A stretch of 64,000 nucleotides of DNA, from the NCBI GenBank assembly GCA_963630675.1, contig CAVGNR010000004.1, forward strand, positions 5,286 through 69,285, in the 5' to 3' direction. The position numbers and the translations under genes were made by a program. Shown here piece after piece: positions 57,310 to 64,000 of this stretch (the stretch's first letter is position 1; every line of letters starts with the position of its first letter). The DNA comes from Escherichia coli (GTDB taxonomy: Bacteria > Bacillota_I > Bacilli_A > RFN20 > CAG-826). The notes under the pieces were generated by a model. It searched no databases. It had not been told where the DNA came from and worked only from the letters and a program-made list of their open reading frames with translations.

Positions 57310-58674
57310 TTAAGCAGCAAGAAAAACCTTATAAGCTAGATACGCTTCAAAGACATCAGCCTTGGAGACAATTTCCATAGGAGAATGCATCGAAAGAACA
57401 GGCACGCCTGCATCAAGAACGTACATGTTATAGTTCCCTAAGATATAAGCGATAGTTCCTCCGCCACCTTGATCGACTTTGCCAATTTCAGAGGTTTGAT
57501 AATGGATATTGTTCTTATCCATAGCGTTTCTGACGAAAGAAAGGAATTCTGGCATGGCATCGTTGCAACCACTCTTTCCTCTAGCTCCCGTGTATTTATT
57601 GAAAACCACGCCTTTAGAAAAATAGCAGGAATTATTAGGTTCGTTAGCACCGGAATATAAAGGATCCACCGCACAAGAGACATCACTTGATAACATCTTG
57701 CTAGCACTCATGGCATGACGAAGAGCCAAATAGGAATCCTTACCTTCTTTTGCAAGCATTTCCATAACGACATCTTCAAACCACAAGGATTGGGCACCTG
57801 TGGCACCAATGGAGCCCACTTCTTCTTTATCTACTAAAACAACAACGGAAGTGTATTCTTCTTTCTTAGAGTCAAGTACTGCACGAAGAGAAGTATAAGC
57901 ACATACCTTATCATCATGTCCATATCCGGCAATCATGCTACGATCAAGGCCATAATCTCTTGCCTCTCCAGCTGGCACAGCGTGGAGTTCGCTCGAAAGG
58001 AAATCCTCTTCTTCCATGCCATATTTTTTCTTTAAGAGATGGAGAATGTAGTCCTTGACCTTTCCGTTTTCATCTTTTTCAAGTGGGATATTTCCAATCG
58101 TGATGTCTAATTTTTCTCCTTCAATGACCTCGGAAGCTTTTTTCGACATTTGATCTGCTGAAAGATGGATAAGCAAATCCGTTATTCCTAAAACAGGGTC
58201 GGAAGGATCTTCACCAATAGAAACTTCAAAAGAAGTTCCGTCTTTCTTGTAGACTATTCCGTGCAAAGCAAGAGGGATGGTGACGTATTGATATTTCTTT
58301 ATCCCACCATAGTAATGTGTCTCAAAGAAAGCGAATCCGCCTTTTTCATAGAGAGGATTTTGCTTGATATCTAGGCGTGGGGAATCAATATGCGCGCCTA
58401 AAATTCTCATTCCTTCTTCAAGAGATTTCTCACCGATTACAGCCGCCAAGAAATTCTTATTCTTATTGGTCGTATAGACCTTATCCCCAGGATGAAGTTC
58501 CTTACATTCTTCTAATGGGCGGAAACCTTTTTCTTTCGCAAGACGAATTGCTTCTTTTGTAGCCATTCTCTCTGTTTTTGCTTCATCAAGGAAATCCATA
58601 TAATCCTTAGAGAAAGAAAAGATTTCTGCTTTTTTCTCTTCCTTAGCGTCTACCCATATATTTTTAGCGTACAT
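57310..58674 (-). CDS. M18-family aminopeptidase
   Basis: GAHIDSPRLDIKQNP, GYGHDDKVC and EEVGS blocks are typical of M18 aminopeptidases. Confidence 0.75.
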   Translation of the reverse strand: MYAKNIWVDAKEEKKAEIFSFSKDYMDFLDEAKTERMATKEAIRLAKEKGFRPLEECKELHPGDKVYTTNKNKNFLAAVIGEKSLEEGMRILGAHIDSPRLDIKQNPLYEKGGFAFFETHYYGGIKKYQYVTIPLALHGIVYKKDGTSFEVSIGEDPSDPVLGITDLLIHLSADQMSKKASEVIEGEKLDITIGNIPLEKDENGKVKDYILHLLKKKYGMEEEDFLSSELHAVPAGEARDYGLDRSMIAGYGHDDKVCAYTSLRAVLDSKKEEYTSVVVLVDKEEVGSIGATGAQSLWFEDVVMEMLAKEGKDSYLALRHAMSASKMLSSDVSCAVDPLYSGANEPNNSCYFSKGVVFNKYTGARGKSGCNDAMPEFLSFVRNAMDKNNIHYQTSEIGKVDQGGGGTIAYILGNYNMYVLDAGVPVLSMHSPMEIVSKADVFEAYLAYKVFLAA

Positions 58675-58798
58675 ACGTATCCTCCTTATTTATAAGTAAC
58701 ATCAATAAGCATATCCTTAATTTATAAAATAGACCAGTTATCGATTGTTCGAAATGAAATCAAAGACTTTTATAGTCTTTAGGAATAGTGAGCGATTT

Positions 58799-58961
58799 GT
58801 CCTTTGGTGGATTAGTCTACTTTTAGTCTACTTTTTAGTCTACTTTTGGCCATTCGAAAGAAAGTTTTCTTAGAACATCTACGCATAAACATCAGTTGTC
58901 ATCGAATGTTTATGTCTAAAGTAGACCAAAGTGGTCCTTTAAGGTGATTAGTCTACTTTTT
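58799..58961. repeat. Cluster of AGTCTAC-core repeats
   Basis: Three tandem units AGTCTACTTTT(T) at 58814-58847. A direct repeat of about 27 bp, GTCCTTT..GGTG(G)ATTAGTCTACTTTT, starts at 58799 and 58934. An inverted copy AAAGTAGAC lies at 58918-58926. The ATAAACAT/ATGTTTAT palindrome lies at 58885-58913. Confidence 0.85.
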
Positions 58962-58968
58962 AAGTACC

Positions 58969-59427
58969 TTAAGACTCTAATTTATACCAAACGAGAATGA
59001 AGATAAGACCAAGGAGAAGGAAAGCTCCTCCCACGATTAAAAGCTCATAATGGAACGGTTTCCTTTTAGCTTTCTTTATTGCAACATAATCCGCATATGT
59101 CGGAGGAAGGTTACTTTTTTCTGGATGGATACGGAAGGTAAAAGAGAAAAGTTTACGCACACTATAGACAATTAAGTCAAAAGCGCCTTTTTCTGATACC
59201 CAAACCAAAAGCCAAAAAAGGATAGGAAGCAAACCGCCCAAGGAGAAAGAATCAGATAGCATTCTGTATCTGTTTTTCTCCCAGGTAAGTTCAAAAGGAC
59301 CGTAAAGTTCCAAAAAGAAAACCGTTAAGAAGATTGCAAGGGCAAAGGTAAAAGAGAGGGAGGCTCTAACGATAATCCCTTTCAGACTTTTTCTTTCTTC
59401 TCTTTTTTCCTTCGTGTTTTCTTCCAT
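58969..59427 (-). CDS. Small membrane protein (DUF3899-like)
   Basis: 152 aa with 3-4 hydrophobic helices. The GAFDLIVYSVRKL segment resembles DUF3899. Last gene of the opp operon. Confidence 0.45.
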   Translation of the reverse strand: MEENTKEKREERKSLKGIIVRASLSFTFALAIFLTVFFLELYGPFELTWEKNRYRMLSDSFSLGGLLPILFWLLVWVSEKGAFDLIVYSVRKLFSFTFRIHPEKSNLPPTYADYVAIKKAKRKPFHYELLIVGGAFLLLGLIFILVWYKLES

Positions 59428-59429
59428 AT

Positions 59430-60845
59430 TTACTTATTATTCACTATTTGCTTATATTTAGCCAATTCTTTGCTGTCACATAAGACAAAGTGGCCTTTTT
59501 CCACTTCTTGAAGAGTGGGTTTCTCTTCCCCATACTGATGGTCTCTTTCAGGGACATAATTGATTCTCTTACGATGTTTCTCATAATGAGGATCAGGTAG
59601 AGGAATTGCACTCAAAAGAGATTTTGTGTAAGGGTGGAGAGGATGAAGGAAAAGAGCATCGCTTGGAGCAATTTCCACCAGTCTTCCAAAATACATAACG
59701 GCGATTCTATCGCAGAAATACTTAACGACGCTCAAATCATGAGCGACAAAGAGAATGGATAAATCCAATTCGTTCTTCAAATCGTTAAGAAGATTAATAA
59801 CTTGTGCTTGAATAGAAACGTCTAGAGCACTTACTGGCTCATCGCAAATAAGCAAATCCGGTTCCATAATCAAGGCTCTAGCAATACCAATACGTTGTCT
59901 TTGGCCACCAGAGAATTCATGAGGGTAACGTTCCATCATTTCCGGTTGAAGTCCAACGCGAATTAAAGCGTTTGAGACCTTTTCATCAATGACCTTTTTA
60001 TCGTAAACACCTTGGATACGTAACCCCTCTGCGATAATATCACGAACCGTCATACGTGGGTCAAGGGAAGCAATAGGATCTTGGAAGATCGTTTGCATTT
60101 TACTGGTGATTTTTGTGTTTTTGGCAATGAGTAAGCTTTCAAGATACTTCAGGTATTCCTTAGAATAAGCAAGGAGTTTTGCCTTATTCTCTTTGAGCTT
60201 AGCAAGTCTTTCCTGATGCTCTTTCTTTGCTTTAATCGTTGCTTCTTTAGCAAAAGGCGCGTTGCAATGCCTATTGTCATAATGAGCTTTCCTAATTTCT
60301 GCTCTTTGTGTCTTGCAAATGCCGGCTAGTTCTTCTTTTAAAGCATTTATTTGATCATCGTATTTCTTTGAAATCTTAGCCTTTTCCGCTTCCAAGGTGC
60401 TATCTTCAGGAACATTGACAAACTGCAAAGTATCCTTCTTTTCTTCACGAAGCTTTTTCATGGCTTCTTTATAGCGAATGCTTTTCCATTTGATTTCTTT
60501 TTCGTTCCATCTTGTTCCTGCAGAGATTCTCGTTCCTTCAAAGTAAATCGAGCCACTCGTGATGTCGTAAAGTTTAATGATGCTTCTTCCGGTTGTAGTT
60601 TTGCCACATCCAGATTCGCCAACAAGGCCTAAAACCTCCCCTTTATGAATATCAAAGGAGACGTCGTGAACGGCTTTATTGTATTTGAAATCGCCTGAGC
60701 CAAATTTGAAATACTGCTTCAAATGTCTGACAGACAAAATCACAGGCGCATCGGGAGAAACTGGTTCTTTTTCTTGTAGTTTGACGATATTTTCATTCTC
60801 ATCAACAGCCACGATATCAGAACTATTTTTCTTTTTCCTTGCCAT
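59430..60845 (-). CDS. oppF: Oligopeptide ABC transporter ATP-binding protein OppF, with a charged insertion of about 135 aa
   Basis: Walker A GESGCGKTT, Q-loop IFQDPIASLDPRM, signature FSGGQRQR and Walker B LICDEP. The Walker A to Q-loop distance is about 170 residues. Confidence 0.85.
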   Translation of the reverse strand: MARKKKNSSDIVAVDENENIVKLQEKEPVSPDAPVILSVRHLKQYFKFGSGDFKYNKAVHDVSFDIHKGEVLGLVGESGCGKTTTGRSIIKLYDITSGSIYFEGTRISAGTRWNEKEIKWKSIRYKEAMKKLREEKKDTLQFVNVPEDSTLEAEKAKISKKYDDQINALKEELAGICKTQRAEIRKAHYDNRHCNAPFAKEATIKAKKEHQERLAKLKENKAKLLAYSKEYLKYLESLLIAKNTKITSKMQTIFQDPIASLDPRMTVRDIIAEGLRIQGVYDKKVIDEKVSNALIRVGLQPEMMERYPHEFSGGQRQRIGIARALIMEPDLLICDEPVSALDVSIQAQVINLLNDLKNELDLSILFVAHDLSVVKYFCDRIAVMYFGRLVEIAPSDALFLHPLHPYTKSLLSAIPLPDPHYEKHRKRINYVPERDHQYGEEKPTLQEVEKGHFVLCDSKELAKYKQIVNNK

Positions 60846-62556
60846 TTTTCTTTTCCTCCTTTTCTCTTTGGGCGTTTAATTTTGCAAAACGTTTGATACG
60901 ATCACTCACTCCTTTTGGTGGGTTCACCTTTGGAGCGCGTGGATCAAGAAGCCAGCTTGCGGCTTTATGGGTTGGGCTTATATCGAAGAATGGCGGTTCT
61001 TCTTCGAAATCAATTTGCATCGCGTATTTATTTCTCGCCGCGAAAGCGTCTCCTTTTGGTGGGAGAATCATATTTGGTGGGGTTCCTGGAATGGAGTCTA
61101 AGCGGTCTTTGGTTTCCAAATCAGGCATGGAGGAAAGTAAGGCCCAGGTATATGGATGAGCTGGATGGTAGAAAATATCGTCCGCTGTTCCTTTTTCCAC
61201 GATTTTACCAGCATACATAATGGCAATATCGTCCGCCATATTCGCCACAACGCCAAGGTTATGGGTAATGAAGATGACAGAAAGGTGTCTCTTTTCCTTT
61301 AATTCATTAATCATGTTAAGGATTTGGGCTTGGATGGTTACGTCAAGAGCCGTCGTTGGCTCATCGCAAATAAGAATCTCAGGGTCACTAGAAAGAGCGA
61401 TGGCAATGACGATACGTTGTCTCATACCTCCAGAGAATTCGAACGGATATTGCTTGATTCTCTTTTCAGGATCTTTGATACCCACTTCGCCTAAAAGTTC
61501 GATTGCTTTTTCCTTTAACTGCTTCTTGGAAATTTTTAATAAAGCTTCTTTTGAGGAATGAACATAAGATTCAAGAAGTTTCTTAGCCTTTTCATTCACG
61601 TCTACCTCTTTCGTGATGTAATCCTCCTCTAAATGTTTAAGGAAAGACTCCACGTAAGCTTTCGCTCTTGCTTGAACCGCTTCTTTTGAAATATCGATTT
61701 CCGAGGCCCAGGCTCTTTCTTTGACGGAATTCGTATCAAGATGTTTTTCTTTCTTTTTCGCTTCTTCTTTTTCTCTAGCTAAAGATTTTTTGTATTCGCT
61801 CAAATAGTATTCAAGCGCAATAACGAAAGTGAAAACCAAGTCGTCTTTTTTATCATCTAAGTGATTTTCAACGGGTTTGACTAGGCTTTCTATTTCATGT
61901 AGTTCCTTATGGAGTAAAGGGAAAGATGAAGCTTCCTTAAAGATGTCTGTCTTCTCTAATAAAGAAGATAGTTTCTCTTTTAATTTGACAGCCGCCTCTT
62001 TGATAGAGGATTCGTTATGGGCTACTGCTTTAGTTGCTGCATCAAGAAGAAGAGAAGAATCCACTTCCTCTCCTTTTCTTACCTTAAGCACGCTTTCTTT
62101 GACGCTTGGATCGTATTTCAGAAGAGTCTTCTCAAGGAGGGCAGCACGTTTCTTATTTTCCTTAATCGTGCTCTTCTTTTTTAACATCATCGCTTCGGTG
62201 ATTTGTTTTCCGACTTTCATAATCGGGTTTAAAGAGGACATAGGATCTTGGAAAATCATCGCGATTTTAGAGCCTCTGATTTTGGTTAATTCTTCCTCTT
62301 TCAAACGAAGAATATCTCTTCCATCGTAAAGGATTTCTCCTTCTTCGATAATCTTATTTGGAGCAAGAATACCCATTATCGCTCTAGATGTTTGGCTTTT
62401 CCCTGAACCGGATTCGCCTACAATGGCTAAGGTTCTTCCACGATACAAATCAAAAGAAACGCCACGTACGGCTTTTACTGTGCCATTATTCGTCCAAAAA
62501 CTAACACGAAGGTTTTTGACCGATAAAATTTTGTTTTCTTCATTGATATTAGACAT
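60823..62556 (-). CDS. oppD: Oligopeptide ABC transporter ATP-binding protein OppD, with an insertion of about 205 aa
   Basis: Walker A GESGSGKS, Q-loop MIFQDPMSSLNP, signature FSGGMRQR and Walker B LICDEPTTALD. The Q-loop to signature distance is about 270 residues. Confidence 0.85.
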   Translation of the reverse strand: MSNINEENKILSVKNLRVSFWTNNGTVKAVRGVSFDLYRGRTLAIVGESGSGKSQTSRAIMGILAPNKIIEEGEILYDGRDILRLKEEELTKIRGSKIAMIFQDPMSSLNPIMKVGKQITEAMMLKKKSTIKENKKRAALLEKTLLKYDPSVKESVLKVRKGEEVDSSLLLDAATKAVAHNESSIKEAAVKLKEKLSSLLEKTDIFKEASSFPLLHKELHEIESLVKPVENHLDDKKDDLVFTFVIALEYYLSEYKKSLAREKEEAKKKEKHLDTNSVKERAWASEIDISKEAVQARAKAYVESFLKHLEEDYITKEVDVNEKAKKLLESYVHSSKEALLKISKKQLKEKAIELLGEVGIKDPEKRIKQYPFEFSGGMRQRIVIAIALSSDPEILICDEPTTALDVTIQAQILNMINELKEKRHLSVIFITHNLGVVANMADDIAIMYAGKIVEKGTADDIFYHPAHPYTWALLSSMPDLETKDRLDSIPGTPPNMILPPKGDAFAARNKYAMQIDFEEEPPFFDISPTHKAASWLLDPRAPKVNPPKGVSDRIKRFAKLNAQREKEEKKNGKEKEK

Positions 62557-63970
62557 TGTCGGAACCTCTCAATTGTGGGTTAAAGGCATCTCTTAAGCCA
62601 TTGCCAAACATGTTGAAGCAAATCATCAAAAGGGAGATGAATAAAGCTGGCCAAAGGATGTTATTAGGATAAGTCGTGTAGGAATTTTGACCTTGCGAGA
62701 GCATTGTGCCAATCGAAGTAGAACCGATAGCATCGAAATTAATGATTCCTAAGTAAGATAAGCTTGATTCACTAAAGATAACGCCAGGAATCATCAAAAC
62801 AGACGAGGTAACAATTGTTCCGATGGAATTTGGAAGAATGTGTTTGAAGATTAATCTTGCATCAGAAGCACCTAAGGTTCTACTCGCTAAGACGTATTCT
62901 TGTTTCTTATAGCGATAGAATTGCATACGCACCGTCGATGCTGTTCCAAGCCATCCTGTAAGAACAAAGGCAATAAAGAGCATTCCAACGATGGATATTG
63001 AGAAATAAACGCCATTGTAGTTCTTTAAAAGGGCGATAACGACCATGAAAGGAACTTCGGCGAGGATCTCAGAGATTCTTTCCATGATGATATCCGTCGT
63101 TCCTCCATAGAATCCTTCGATTGCTCCATAGATTAAACCAATAATCAAGTTAATGGCGGAAACACCAAAAGCAAAAAGAAGAGAGAAACGTCCACCAACA
63201 GATAATCTTGTAAGGATATCTCTGCCAGCAGAATCACTTCCTAAGCCGAACTTTGCATAATGCCCATTCAGGAAGTAATAGTAATTGTCATAATTCATTC
63301 TAACGTTATAAACGCTATTAGAAAGACCGGTTGCTTCATAATAAACGTATTCCCCTCCAGCATTTTTCTTCCAGGCATATTGAAGTTCGCCATCTTTTAA
63401 GATAGGAAGCTTATTACGTCCGTAGAATCGATAATCATAATTCGCATTATTTCTAATGACGTTTTCGATAATCGTTTCATTTTGTTTCTCTTCTTCAATC
63501 CAAGAAGTGTCGATTAACGGTAAAAGAATTTTATGGCCTTCGTCTGTTTTGGCATCATATTCGAGGACCTCATCTAGTTTTTCTTTCGTTAAAGTGTGGT
63601 TAACGGCACCGATGACATAGGTATCGTATCGAACGTCATATTTGGTCGTAAATCCAGAGAAATCATCGCCTGTTTTGTAAGTTGAATAGACTTCTTTAAC
63701 ACGTCCTGCACGTTTATAAAGGTAATATTCTGCTTCCGAAACAGTCCTTTTTTCAGAGCCATCCCAGAAACCACCAGCATCAGAGAAAGCCTTTGGAAGA
63801 CAGTTTGTGTAATAGGAATCCGCTTCTGTAGCGGTATAGCCAGTGCAGAAAGGCGTAATGATGGAGAAAAGAATCATGAACATTAAGATAGCGGCTGCGA
63901 CAATCGAACCTTTGTTTCTCGAAAAACGGTACATTGCATCCGCGAAGAAGCCAATACGCTTCGTCTCCAT
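62549..63970 (-). CDS. oppC: Oligopeptide ABC transporter permease OppC, with a large extracytoplasmic loop
   Basis: N-terminal FSRNKGSIVAAAIL, an ABC permease EAA-like region (ASRTLGASDARLIFKHILPN), and about 200 aa between TM1 and TM2. Confidence 0.8.
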   Translation of the reverse strand: METKRIGFFADAMYRFSRNKGSIVAAAILMFMILFSIITPFCTGYTATEADSYYTNCLPKAFSDAGGFWDGSEKRTVSEAEYYLYKRAGRVKEVYSTYKTGDDFSGFTTKYDVRYDTYVIGAVNHTLTKEKLDEVLEYDAKTDEGHKILLPLIDTSWIEEEKQNETIIENVIRNNANYDYRFYGRNKLPILKDGELQYAWKKNAGGEYVYYEATGLSNSVYNVRMNYDNYYYFLNGHYAKFGLGSDSAGRDILTRLSVGGRFSLLFAFGVSAINLIIGLIYGAIEGFYGGTTDIIMERISEILAEVPFMVVIALLKNYNGVYFSISIVGMLFIAFVLTGWLGTASTVRMQFYRYKKQEYVLASRTLGASDARLIFKHILPNSIGTIVTSSVLMIPGVIFSESSLSYLGIINFDAIGSTSIGTMLSQGQNSYTTYPNNILWPALFISLLMICFNMFGNGLRDAFNPQLRGSDNV

Positions 63971-64000
63971 TTTGCTATCAACAAGTTTTTTATCTTGTTG

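Noticed and set aside
63990-64000. Possible 3' end of an upstream oppB gene
   Set aside because: Only about three codons plus a TAA are inside the window, which is too little to support a call.
1-64000. Looked for CRISPR arrays, rRNA genes and intact IS or transposase genes
   Set aside because: I saw no regularly spaced repeat-spacer pattern. The tandem repeats at 32999-33089 and 58814-58847 have no spacers. I saw no rRNA-like segments and no transposase-like ORF.

Overview
Low-GC window, roughly 35% G+C by eye. It uses the standard bacterial code: TGA serves as a stop, for example at the GntR/ABC gene junction near 7362. Gene content fits a Bacillota lineage related to Erysipelotrichia or Mollicutes.

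The first 44 kb and the last 7 kb look like ordinary chromosome:
- a nucleobase permease with a structured leader
- a Pfs-like nucleosidase, YlmH, a TetR regulator and MalQ
- a YtrA-type GntR + ABC module
- AdhE
- a non-canonical dltA-dltC-MBOAT-dltD-like cluster
- RuvX and a GH36 alpha-galactosidase
- an HExxH lipoprotein protease
- a NifS-like desulfurase + TtcA-like PP-loop pair
- NahK-like kinase + NagA
- a GH78 / GH3 glycosidase operon
- an AgrC/AgrA-like two-component system, and RfbB
- an M18 aminopeptidase and OppCDF

Positions about 44.5-57.1 kb are a decayed mosaic accessory region next to a tRNA-Leu(CAA) gene. A perfect 54-bp copy of the tRNA 3' half sits 6.4 kb away and delimits an island that holds:
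- a tyrosine-recombinase stump
- a disrupted lipoprotein gene
- two orphan genes behind a C9/G9 tract in their promoter
- a COG1373/DUF4143 ATPase

The adjacent segment carries a second DUF4143 ATPase, RelB plus a truncated YafQ/RelE toxin, and an AbiEi/AbiEii pair. Each ATPase gene is bracketed by its own imperfect direct repeat of about 35 bp.

I saw no rRNA gene, CRISPR array or intact transposase. All product calls rest on motif and colinearity recognition by eye; no database search was possible.
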